Shown here: positions 30,512 through 39,415 of the stretch, piece after piece | Layout: every line of letters starts with the position of its first letter | Numbering within the stretch: the stretch's first letter is position 1 | NCBI GenBank assembly: GCA_963836075.1 | Contig: CAWIIB010000009.1 | Location: 2,688,001 to 2,752,000, forward strand | DNA: 64,000 bases | Reading direction: 5' to 3' | From: an uncultured Acidobacteriota bacterium | GTDB taxonomy: Bacteria > Acidobacteriota > JAQAZP01 | Position numbers and translations under genes: made by a program | The notes under the pieces: model-generated | The model's input: the letters and a program-made list of their open reading frames with translations, nothing else | Told to the model about the DNA's origin: nothing | Databases searched by the model: none

Positions 30512-31882
30512 TTACTGTTTCACCGCCTCGATGGCGCCTTCCACCAGGTCCCGCATCTCCTGCAGGCGTTCTGCGGTCAGAGCTTCGAAACGGAGCACCA
30601 GCACCGGCTGGGTGTTCGATGCCCGGGCCAGGGCCCAGCCGTCGGGGAAGACCACCCGTACCCCGTCCACGTCGATGATCTCGTGGTCCTTGCTCAGGCG
30701 CTCTTTCAGCCGTTCGATGAGCGGGAATTTTTCTTCGTCGGGGCACTCCACACGGATCTCAGGGGTGGAGACGGTCTTGGGCACATCGGCCAGCATGGCG
30801 GTCAGCGGCACATCCGAGGAGGCGGCGATGTCGATCAGCCGGCAGGAGGCATAGACCGCGTCGTCAAAGCCGTAGTAGCCGTCGGAGAAGAACATGTGGC
30901 CGCTCAGCTCGCCGGCCAGTTCGGCGGCGGTCTCCTTCATCTTGGCCTTGATCAGCGAGTGGCCGGTCTTCCACATCACCGCGTTGCCGCCGTGGGCCCG
31001 GATGTCGTCGTAGAGCGTGGTGGAGGCCTTGACCTCGGAGATGATGGTGGCTCCCGGCTTGCGGGAGAGGATCTCCCGGGCGTAGAGGATCAGCAGCTTG
31101 TCGCCCCAGATGATCCCCCCCTTCTCGTCCACCGCGCCGATGCGGTCGGCGTCGCCGTCGTAGGCCAGGCCGAGGTCGGCGCCCTCGTCCACCACCCGCC
31201 GGCGCAGTTCCGCCAGGTTCTTCTCCACCGTGGGGTCGGGGTGGTGGTTGGGAAAGGTGCCGTCCACGTCGCAGTAGAGTTCCACCACGTCGCAGCCCAG
31301 CCGGCGGAACAGCTGGGGGGCCACCAGGCCGCCGGTGCCGTTGCCGCAGTCCACCACCACCTTGAGCGGCCGCTTGAAGTTGAAGAGGCTGCTCAGTTCG
31401 TCGAGATACTCGGGGATGATGTCGTAGCTGTCCACCGCCCCGGTGCCGCTTGCCAGGTCGCCGCCCTCGATGACCCGGCGTACCTCCTGGATCTGGTCCC
31501 CGTGGAGGGTGCTGGTGCCCACGCAGAGTTTCATCCCGTTGAACTCCGGCGGGTTGTGACTGCCGGTGATCATTATCCCGCCTTCCTTCTCCAGCTTGTG
31601 GATCGAGTAGTAGAGCAGGGGAGTGGTGCAGAGACCGATGTCGGTGACCTGGATCCCGGCGGCCAGCAGGCCGCGGGTCAGGGCGGCGGAGATGCGCTCC
31701 GAGCTGAGCCGGCAGTCGCGGCCGAGGCTGATCCGCTTGCGGCCGTCCCGCTGCAGCATGGTGCCGAAGGCCCGGCCGATGGCCTGGACCACGTCGTCGG
31801 TGAGGTCATCAGCGGCGATGCCCCTGATGTCATATTCCCTGAAGATCGATGGGTTGAACTCCACCGCTGCGCTCTCGTTCAT
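30512..31882 (-). CDS. phosphomannomutase/phosphoglucomutase (AlgC-like)
   Basis: IFREYDIRG, ITGSHNP, FPNHHPDP, DGDADR, GELSGH, RASNTQP. Confidence 0.95.
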   Translation of the reverse strand: MNESAAVEFNPSIFREYDIRGIAADDLTDDVVQAIGRAFGTMLQRDGRKRISLGRDCRLSSERISAALTRGLLAAGIQVTDIGLCTTPLLYYSIHKLEKEGGIMITGSHNPPEFNGMKLCVGTSTLHGDQIQEVRRVIEGGDLASGTGAVDSYDIIPEYLDELSSLFNFKRPLKVVVDCGNGTGGLVAPQLFRRLGCDVVELYCDVDGTFPNHHPDPTVEKNLAELRRRVVDEGADLGLAYDGDADRIGAVDEKGGIIWGDKLLILYAREILSRKPGATIISEVKASTTLYDDIRAHGGNAVMWKTGHSLIKAKMKETAAELAGELSGHMFFSDGYYGFDDAVYASCRLIDIAASSDVPLTAMLADVPKTVSTPEIRVECPDEEKFPLIERLKERLSKDHEIIDVDGVRVVFPDGWALARASNTQPVLVLRFEALTAERLQEMRDLVEGAIEAVKQ

Positions 31883-31897
31883 TGTTCCTCGCTCCCT

Positions 31898-32608
31898 TCA
31901 GGCCGTGACCAGGGTGCCCACCGGCTCTCCCTGGGCCGCCTTTAAAATGGCATCATGATCGAAGATGTTGAAAACCACGATCGGGATGTTGTTTTCCATG
32001 CACAGCGATGCGGCGGTGGAGTCCATCACCCGCAGCGACTTCTCCAGCACCTCGCGGTAGGTCACCTGCTCGTAGCGTTTCGCGTCGGGGTTCGTTTCCG
32101 GGTCATCGTCGTAGACCCCGTCCACCCGCGTGGCCTTGAGCACCACGTCACAGTCCATCTCCACCGCCGAGAGCGCGGCGGTGGTGTCGGTGGTGAAGTA
32201 GGGGCGGCCGATGCCGCCGGCGAAGATCACCACCTTGCCCGCGTCGAGGTCCTCGAGGGCGTCGCGCCGGGTGTAGCAGCGGGCAAAGGCGCTCATGTCG
32301 ATGGAGGTGAAGAGGGAGGTGGAGAGGCCCAGCCCCTCGAGAATGTCCTGCAGGCCCAGCCCGTTGATCACCGTCCCCAGCATGCCCATGTAGTCGCCGG
32401 TGACCCGGCGGATCTGTTTCGGGGCCAGGCTGCCGCGGAAGATGTTGCCGCCGCCCACCACCACCGCGGTCTTGACCCCGGAGGCCACCAGGTGGGCGAT
32501 CTGGCCGGCGATGTAGACCGCGGTTTCGGGGTGGATCCCCATCTTTGCGTCGCCGGCCAGGGCCTCGCCGCTCATTTTGACCAGCACTCGCTCGTACTGC
32601 ACTCCCAT
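31898..32608 (-). CDS. pyrH: UMP kinase
   Basis: KMSGEAL, GGGNIFRG, DYMGMLGT, PYFTTDT, VDGVYDDDP, VMDSTA. Confidence 0.95.
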   Translation of the reverse strand: MGVQYERVLVKMSGEALAGDAKMGIHPETAVYIAGQIAHLVASGVKTAVVVGGGNIFRGSLAPKQIRRVTGDYMGMLGTVINGLGLQDILEGLGLSTSLFTSIDMSAFARCYTRRDALEDLDAGKVVIFAGGIGRPYFTTDTTAALSAVEMDCDVVLKATRVDGVYDDDPETNPDAKRYEQVTYREVLEKSLRVMDSTAASLCMENNIPIVVFNIFDHDAILKAAQGEPVGTLVTA

Positions 32609-32742
32609 ACTGCTCCCCCTTGCCATAGTCTGTGGTGGGTGCCGATCCGGCGGCGATGCCGGTGCCAGCTGCTGTTTCCGCCTGCTTGCCTGCCAAAAGC
32701 GGGAGTATCTTTGCAGGGCGCGGCCGGGTTGTCAACCGCGGG

Positions 32743-33705
32743 TCAGGGAGCGGTGCCCGGCTCGACGATGCGCAGCTGCATCCCCTCGGTTCCGCTGCCG
32801 GGGTCCACCACGTAGAGCCGCACTCTGGGCAGGATACGCTCCATGGTTTCCAGGTAGAGCCGTTCCCTGGTCAGCCGGGGTGCTCTCTGGTATTCGGTGA
32901 GCAGGGCCTCGATCCGCGAGGCCTCGCCCTCGGCCAGGGAGACCCGTTGGCCTTTGAACGCCTTTGCCCGGTCGATGATCCCCTGGGCCTCGCCCCGGGC
33001 CTTGGGCAGGATCTCGTTGGCGTAGCCCATGGATTCGTTGACCAGCCGCTCACGGTCGGCCTTGGCGTTCTGCACGTCCTGGAATGACTGGATCACCGCC
33101 CGGGGCGGCTCCACCAGCTTGAGGTTCATCGAGACCAGCAGGATGCCCAGGTCGTACTGGTCGAGCACCTCCTGGGTCTTCCGCCGGGCCGCCTCGAGCA
33201 TCGAGGCCCGGCCGGTGGTCAGGATGTCGTCGATGCCGGCCTGGCCCACCAGCTCGGTGATCGCCGCTTCGGTGATCCGCCGCAGCAGGAACTGGGGTTT
33301 GGCCGTGGCGAAGAGGAAGGTCGAGGGGCGGCTCACGGTGTACTGCACGATCACCTGCATGTTGACGATGTTGGTGTCCCCGGTGAGCCACTCCATCTCC
33401 ACCGCCGGGGGCTCGATGCCCTGGATCTCCTCGGCGAAGCGGAAGCCGATGCTCATGGTGAAGTTGGTGGTGGTGCGCAGGGTGTGCGAGGCGCCCACCG
33501 GCCAGGGCGGGCAGTAGTGCAGCCCCGGCCCCACCCGGTCCTTGTGCAGCCCACCGAAGAGCAGCACCACCCCTTCCTCGTCCTGGGAGACGGAGAAGAT
33601 GCCCGAGAGCAGGTAGAGGGCCAGCAGAAGCGCCAGTCCCGCGACGGCCCAGTAGCGGGTCCCCCGGCGGCGCCGTCCGTCCCGGCTGGTATCCCCATCG
33701 GTCAC
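32743..33705 (-). CDS. hflK: HflK-like SPFH protein
   Basis: TM then GVVLLFG..GPGLH, LTGDTNIV, VIQSFQDVQNAKAD, PKARGEA, RERLYLETME. Confidence 0.85.
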   Translation of the reverse strand: MTDGDTSRDGRRRRGTRYWAVAGLALLLALYLLSGIFSVSQDEEGVVLLFGGLHKDRVGPGLHYCPPWPVGASHTLRTTTNFTMSIGFRFAEEIQGIEPPAVEMEWLTGDTNIVNMQVIVQYTVSRPSTFLFATAKPQFLLRRITEAAITELVGQAGIDDILTTGRASMLEAARRKTQEVLDQYDLGILLVSMNLKLVEPPRAVIQSFQDVQNAKADRERLVNESMGYANEILPKARGEAQGIIDRAKAFKGQRVSLAEGEASRIEALLTEYQRAPRLTRERLYLETMERILPRVRLYVVDPGSGTEGMQLRIVEPGTAP

Positions 33706-34583
33706 TTGCCGGCCCCTTCGGTGAGCAGTTTCATCAGTTCCGAGTCGGTGGGCACCACCACCGTGGTTTGCCCGTCGATGATCTTTTCGTACGATTCGAG
33801 GGTGCGGATGAACTTGTAGAACTCGGGGTCCTGCTTGATCACCGACGTGTAGCGCTGGGCGGCCAGCGCCTCGCCCTCTCCGCGGATCTCCCGGGCCTGC
33901 TTGTCCGCCTGGGCCAGGATCTCGGTCCGTTCCCGCTCGGCTTCGGAACGGATGATCATCGACCGCTCCTCACCCTCGGAACGGAACTTGGTGGCGATCC
34001 GTTCCCGCTCGGCCCGCATCCGTTTGAACACGCTCTGCTTGTTCTGCTCGGGGAAGTTCAGCCGGCGGATGCGGAAATCCACCACCCGAATCCCCAGATC
34101 GGCCTCGGCCCGCTGCCGGCAGCGGGCGAGCACCGGGGCCACCACCTCGGTGAGCATGAAGGCCTCCCCGTCGGTGTTCACCAGCCCGCCAAAAGGCGTG
34201 TTGCCCAGTTCCGACCCCAGCTCGGAGGAGATGATGTCGGAGAGCCGGGCCTCGGCGCCCCGGCGGTTGAACACCCGCTGCATGAAGGTCAGCGGGTCCT
34301 TGATCTGCCAGATGGCGAAGCTGGAGACCACCACGTTCTTCTTGTCCTGGGTCAGGCACTCCATGTCCGGCGTGTCGTAGACCAGCAGCCGGTTGGAGAA
34401 CTTCTCGACGTTCTGCAGCAGTTTCAGCGGGCTGAACTTCAGGCCCGGCTCCATGCAGATCCGCACCGGTTTGCCGAACTGGGTCACCACCGCGTACTCG
34501 GTCTGGTGCACGGTGAAGAAGAAGCAGGGGCCGGCCAGGACCAGCAGCAGCAGGACGGCCAGGATGACGATTCCAGGTTTCAT
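33702..34583 (-). CDS. hflC: HflC-like SPFH protein
   Basis: VVTQFGKP, LTQDKKNV, RMRAERERIA..FRSEGEE, DPEFYKFIRTLESY. Confidence 0.9.
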   Translation of the reverse strand: MKPGIVILAVLLLLVLAGPCFFFTVHQTEYAVVTQFGKPVRICMEPGLKFSPLKLLQNVEKFSNRLLVYDTPDMECLTQDKKNVVVSSFAIWQIKDPLTFMQRVFNRRGAEARLSDIISSELGSELGNTPFGGLVNTDGEAFMLTEVVAPVLARCRQRAEADLGIRVVDFRIRRLNFPEQNKQSVFKRMRAERERIATKFRSEGEERSMIIRSEAERERTEILAQADKQAREIRGEGEALAAQRYTSVIKQDPEFYKFIRTLESYEKIIDGQTTVVVPTDSELMKLLTEGAGK

Positions 34584-36823
34584 CGGTTCGTGTCCTCCAC
34601 CAGCGCGGTTGCCGGGGTTTCCGGGGCGCAGGTTGGGCAATCCTCCGGGGAAGAGGAGCGGAGCCAGAGATCGAATTGTCCCACATCCCGCCCGCCGGGA
34701 GTGATGAAGAGCTGTGTCCGGGGCAGCACCCGTTCGGCGCTTTCCATGTAGAGCCGGAAGCGGGTCATTCTCTCGGCGCCGCCGATGGCCTCCAGCAGGC
34801 TCTGGAACCCTGCCGTCTCACCCTCGGCGGCCAGCACCGCACCTGTTTTCGCCGCCGTGGCCCGGGCCACGCTGCGGTCCGCCTCCCCCCGGGCCAGGTG
34901 CAGCCGCTCCTCGCGGTAGCCCTGGGCCTGGTTGACCATGGTGTTGCGGTCCTCCATGGCGCTGGCCACGTCGCGGAAGGCGTCGTGAACCTCCAGCGGG
35001 GCGTGGGTGTCCAGCAGGTGGAACGAGGTGACCAGGATGCCCGAGTCATACGACCCGGGGCTCTCCGAGTCGAGGATCTGCTGGGCCCGCCGGGCCGTCT
35101 CCTGTTCCACCGCCGCTCGGGCGGTGGTGTAGATTTCGTCGATCGGTTCCCGGCCGAGGATTTCCATCAGCACGCTGCCCACCACTCGGGCCACCAGCCG
35201 GTCGGCGTCCTCCACCGAGTAGAGGAAACGCTCAGCGTCGCTGACCCGATAGTGGGTGACGAATGCCGCCTGGATGATGTTCTCGTCACCGGTGATGAAC
35301 AGCGATTCCTCGTTGAACTGGCGGGCCGTGCCGCGCCGGCGGGACTCGCCCAGCGGCATCTGGTCATCGGCCGGCAGCGTCTCCTCCTCCATGGTCTGGA
35401 AGCCGCCGAACACCTGGCGTATCTCCTCGGTGAGGCAGATTTCGGAGAGGGCGAAGGGCCAGGGCGGGCAGTAGTGCAGGCCCGGGGGCACGGCGCTCCT
35501 GGTCAGGCTGCCGAACAGACGCACCATCCCCACCTCGCCCGGTCGGACAATGAAGAAGCCCTGGCTGAGGTAGAGGACGGCGATGAGCAGCGCGGTGAGA
35601 TAGAAACTGGGCCGCCGGAAGATCGCCGAGGGGTCGAAGCTGCGGAGCCAGGCCCCGAAGGTGCGGATGTGCTGCCACAGTTCGGCGATGTCCTTGCGGA
35701 ACCCGGTGCGCTGGAAACTGGCCCCGGCCAGCACGGTAAAGGCCAGCAGGCCGATGAAGCGCAGCAGGACGCCGGCCAGCGACGGCGGTGTTTCCTCCTG
35801 GCCCCAGAGCGTGAACTGGTCGGCGCTGAACAGGGCATTGGTGGCCATGCCGAGGGTCATGCAGACGATGATGATGGAGAGGAGGTAGATGCGCAGGAAG
35901 CGGCCGCCGAACACCCGGCCCACGATCATCAGCGTGCCGATGTTGGTCACCGGCCCGGCGAGGAGGAAGACCAGCCCGGCGCCGGGGCTCAGCCCCTTGG
36001 CCATCAGCGCCGCGGCCAGCGGCGTGGAACTGGTGGCGCAGAGGTAGAGCGGGATGCCCACCAGCAGCATGGCCACCATCTCCACGGTGGGGTTGCCCAT
36101 CACCTGGTCGAAAAAGTCGTTGGGCAGGATGGCGCTGAGGAAGCCGGTGAGCACCATGCCGAAGACGATCCAGAAGGCCAGGTCGTCCATCATCTCCACG
36201 AAGCCGTAGTGCAAGGCCTCACGGAGCACACTCTTCCACTGCCTCTTCCCGGCCGGCGGGGCTGCGGGCTCGGGCTCGGTTGTCTCTTCACCGCTGCCGC
36301 AGCAGCAGGACGGAGCCGGGGTGTCGCTCCCGGGCACTGCCTGCTGGTCCGGCGGCGGGCAGCAGGAGGCCTTCTCCTCCTCGGGCAGCGACTCGGCCCG
36401 GGCGCCCCGGCCGGGGGAGAGCAGGATCCAGGTGCCGGCGGTGATGGCGGTGAGCATTGCCACCAGCGGCCGGATCACCGCCATCAGCGGGCCGATCAGC
36501 CCCCAGGTGAGCAGGATCGACGGCAGACCGGTCTCCGGGGTGGAAATGAGAAAGGACATGGTGGCCGGCCGGCTGGCCCCGTTCTTGCGCAGGCTCACCG
36601 CGGCCGGCACCACCCCGCAGGAGCAGATGGGCAGCGGTGCGCCGAAGAGCGTGGCCTTGACCACCGAGGCGAAGCTCGACGCGCCCAGCATCCGCTGCAG
36701 CAGGTCGGTGCGCAGCACGATCCGCACCAGTCCGGCGAGGAAGAACCCGGCGAGGATGTAGATCGAGGCTTCATAGAAGACCTTGTAGGTCTCCGCGGCA
36801 AGATTGATAAAGAAACTGATCAT
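34580..36823 (-). CDS. metal permease (DUF318/ArsP-like) fused to an HflK-like SPFH domain
   Basis: GAPLPICSCGVVP, FLISTPETG, PLYLCATSSTP, FLLAGPVTN; Cys-rich loop (SCC, SCCC); SPFH ITGDENII, VHDAFRDVASA, ARGEA, RLYME; C-terminal CPTC. Confidence 0.88.
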   Translation of the reverse strand: MISFFINLAAETYKVFYEASIYILAGFFLAGLVRIVLRTDLLQRMLGASSFASVVKATLFGAPLPICSCGVVPAAVSLRKNGASRPATMSFLISTPETGLPSILLTWGLIGPLMAVIRPLVAMLTAITAGTWILLSPGRGARAESLPEEEKASCCPPPDQQAVPGSDTPAPSCCCGSGEETTEPEPAAPPAGKRQWKSVLREALHYGFVEMMDDLAFWIVFGMVLTGFLSAILPNDFFDQVMGNPTVEMVAMLLVGIPLYLCATSSTPLAAALMAKGLSPGAGLVFLLAGPVTNIGTLMIVGRVFGGRFLRIYLLSIIIVCMTLGMATNALFSADQFTLWGQEETPPSLAGVLLRFIGLLAFTVLAGASFQRTGFRKDIAELWQHIRTFGAWLRSFDPSAIFRRPSFYLTALLIAVLYLSQGFFIVRPGEVGMVRLFGSLTRSAVPPGLHYCPPWPFALSEICLTEEIRQVFGGFQTMEEETLPADDQMPLGESRRRGTARQFNEESLFITGDENIIQAAFVTHYRVSDAERFLYSVEDADRLVARVVGSVLMEILGREPIDEIYTTARAAVEQETARRAQQILDSESPGSYDSGILVTSFHLLDTHAPLEVHDAFRDVASAMEDRNTMVNQAQGYREERLHLARGEADRSVARATAAKTGAVLAAEGETAGFQSLLEAIGGAERMTRFRLYMESAERVLPRTQLFITPGGRDVGQFDLWLRSSSPEDCPTCAPETPATALVEDTNR

Positions 36824-36900
36824 CGCACTTCAGCTGGTATCCCGATCATCAAACAGCACTATCGTGGACACAAATAGTCTCGCATAATCGCCGGGCCAAT

Positions 36901-37908
36901 TCAATGAGATGATGGTTCGGCCCGCAGCTGGGCCGCGGCCTTTTCCGGGGAGACGTGGCTGATGTAGATCCCGGCGCCCCACTCGAACCCGGCGATCCAG
37001 CTGAACTCGGGCAGCAGTTCCAGGTGCCAGTGATAGCTCTCCCCGTGCTCGTCGCCCGTGGGCGCGGTGTGCAGCACCAGGTTGAACGGCGGGTTGTTGA
37101 GCAGCTCCTTCATCCGGGTCAGCAGCCGCTTGAGCATGGCGGCCAGGTCGTCGATCTCGCGGTCGGTGGCCAGCGGGAAGCCTGCCGAGTGCCGGCGGGG
37201 GATGATCCAGGTCTCGTACGGCTTGCGCGGGGCATAGGCGGCCAGGGCGGCAAATCCGTCGCTCAGGGCCACCACCCGCTCCTGCTCCCGCTCCTCCTCC
37301 TCGATCATGCTGCAGTAGATGCAGCGCCCGGTCTCCCGGTGGTGGCGGGCCGCGCCGGCCAGCTCCTCCAGTACGTGCTTGGGCACCACCGGCAGGGCGA
37401 TGATCTGGGAGTGGCTGTGGGACAGCGACGCCCCGGCCTTGGCGCCGTGGTTCTTGAAGAACATCACGTGCCGGATCCGCCGGTCCCGGAGAAGTTCGGC
37501 CATCCGGTCGCGGCAGAGGCGGAGCATGGAGGCGATGTGGACGGGATCCATGTCGGCCAGCCCCTGCCGGTGCAGGGGCGTCTCGATCAGCACCTCGTGG
37601 GACCCGGCGGCGGACATCCGGCTGCGCAACGCGCCGCCGCCCGGCTCGGCCTCGCCGGTGAGGCGCAGCGCCGGGTAGCGGTTGGGCACCAGCCGGGCCT
37701 GCCAGCCCGGCCCGTCGGCCGGGGATCCGTCCGGACGGATGGCGACGATCTCCGGCGGGGTCTCGGCCTCGTTCCCCGCGCAGAAGGGGCAGTCGGGGCC
37801 GCCTTCCGCACCACGTGACGGGTGGTGAAAATCGTGGGGCCGGTCTGCCCGGTCGGGGGCGATGATCACCCACCGGCCGTTCACCGGGTCTCGGCGCATC
37901 TCCGACAC
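36901..37908 (-). CDS. galT: galactose-1-phosphate uridylyltransferase
   Basis: RRDPVNGRWVIIAPDRADRP, CPFC.GNE, NRYPAL, AGASLSHSHSQ, CIYC, YHWHLE. Confidence 0.9.
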   Translation of the reverse strand: MSEMRRDPVNGRWVIIAPDRADRPHDFHHPSRGAEGGPDCPFCAGNEAETPPEIVAIRPDGSPADGPGWQARLVPNRYPALRLTGEAEPGGGALRSRMSAAGSHEVLIETPLHRQGLADMDPVHIASMLRLCRDRMAELLRDRRIRHVMFFKNHGAKAGASLSHSHSQIIALPVVPKHVLEELAGAARHHRETGRCIYCSMIEEEEREQERVVALSDGFAALAAYAPRKPYETWIIPRRHSAGFPLATDREIDDLAAMLKRLLTRMKELLNNPPFNLVLHTAPTGDEHGESYHWHLELLPEFSWIAGFEWGAGIYISHVSPEKAAAQLRAEPSSH

Positions 37909-37963
37909 GGTCCAGTCCCTCCTCACGGTTGGTATTCCCGGCCGGTTGCCGGGTTTCGCGGTG

Positions 37964-37993
37964 AGCCTATGGTGGAACCCCCCGGCTTGTCAA
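37964..37993 (-). promoter_or_regulatory. putative sigma70 promoter of galT operon
   Basis: TTGACA-N18-TAGGCT. Confidence 0.45.
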
Positions 37994-38156
37994 CGCGAAT
38001 GAATATTTGAAAGAAATTCCGGCATGATGTAATCTTGCTCAGGAAAACTACCGACAACTTAGGTACATGCAAGGGAACACCCGGCAGCTCGGGGGGGGGA
38101 AGGCGCGGCGGTATGTGCGCAGCGCTCCATCGGAATATCACGGAGAAGTGAGAAAC

Positions 38157-39356
38157 ATGGTACGCAGTTGTGGCTGGTTGGTGGTGGTCGGGTTGGCGGT
38201 GCTGATCTGCATCGAGGCGGCAGGGGCCGGCACAGTGGCCGCCCAGCCCGTCGAGGGCCGGGATATCGAGTTCTCCAGGGGCTTCCTCGGCATCTACCGC
38301 AAGATGATGGAGATCGAACAGCCGATTCTGGACGCCTGCAAAAAATACGATCTCAACCCGCTGCTGGCCAAGGCGGTCTGCTGTTACGAGTCGGGCGGCA
38401 ACGCCAACCTCACCTCCTGGGCCGGGGCCAAGGGCTACTTCCAGGTGATGCCGCGCACCTTCCGCAGTTTGAAGGTGCGGACCAACATCGAAGCCGGGGT
38501 CAAGTATCTGTCCCAGCAGTACAAGGCGTTCCAGCGCGAGGATTACGCGGTGGCGGCGTACAACGGCGGGCCGGCCAATCTCAACCGCAACCGCTCGCTG
38601 CGCCTGGAAACGGTGCAGTATGTCATCGGTGTGGGCGACTTCCGCTCGCTGCTCTACAACCACGAAGCGGAGATCCGCGCCGAGGCCTCGAAACTGAAAC
38701 TGCGCACGCTGAAAGACGGCGATGACTGGTGGTCGCTCTCCCGCACCCTGGGGCTGCCGATGGTGGAGCTGCGGATGTACAACCCCTTCCTGGCCCACCG
38801 CACCTTGAAGAAGGGCATGATCGTCGCCTACCCGGCGCAGAGCGAGGGGATCAACAATCTCTTCGAGATGGAGGGACAGAACGTGGTCTACACCTCCCGG
38901 CCGGGGGACAACTACTTCCACGTGGCCTTCATCTTCGGCGCCGACCTCGACACCTTCCGCCAGGACAACTTCATCTGGCGCGTGCAGGCGCTGCCGCCCC
39001 TGACCCGGCTGGTGATTCAGCCCAAGCCGGCCAAGACCCGGATCATGCACACCGTCAGCGCGGGCCAGAGCATCCCCGACATCGCCACCCGCCGGGAGAG
39101 CGACCCCTGGACCGTGGTCAGCTACAACCGCCTCTGGACCCAGCAGGACCCGGCCCCCGGGACGGTGCTCGCCATTCCTCAGGAGCCCAAAAAGCCCGAG
39201 TACGTCTACCACCGGGTGCGCAGCGGGGAAAACCTGAGCAAGATCGCCCGGCGCTACGGGGTGACGGTGAGGGATATCCAGCGGGCCAACGGCATGAGCT
39301 CCCGCAACACCCGGATCATCACCGGCAAGAAGCTTAAGATCCCTCAGCAAGGATGA
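38157..39356 (+). CDS. lytic transglycosylase (SLT domain) with LysM domains
   Basis: Signal peptide; YESGG..S.AGAKGYFQVMP, AAYNGG, ET; LysM HRVRSGENLSKIARRYGV. Confidence 0.9.
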   Translation: MVRSCGWLVVVGLAVLICIEAAGAGTVAAQPVEGRDIEFSRGFLGIYRKMMEIEQPILDACKKYDLNPLLAKAVCCYESGGNANLTSWAGAKGYFQVMPRTFRSLKVRTNIEAGVKYLSQQYKAFQREDYAVAAYNGGPANLNRNRSLRLETVQYVIGVGDFRSLLYNHEAEIRAEASKLKLRTLKDGDDWWSLSRTLGLPMVELRMYNPFLAHRTLKKGMIVAYPAQSEGINNLFEMEGQNVVYTSRPGDNYFHVAFIFGADLDTFRQDNFIWRVQALPPLTRLVIQPKPAKTRIMHTVSAGQSIPDIATRRESDPWTVVSYNRLWTQQDPAPGTVLAIPQEPKKPEYVYHRVRSGENLSKIARRYGVTVRDIQRANGMSSRNTRIITGKKLKIPQQG

Positions 39357-39415
39357 GCCCGGTGACCGGGCCGAGCTGCGCGCCATCTGCGACGAAGCGG
39401 AAACAGAGGACGAGA

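Noticed and set aside
34676-36877. 733-aa plus-strand ORF and similar long antisense ORFs (e.g. 12800..14530, 30473..31945, 48319..50643)
   Set aside because: Shadow frames of well-supported genes on the opposite strand, expected at high GC; no recognisable motifs
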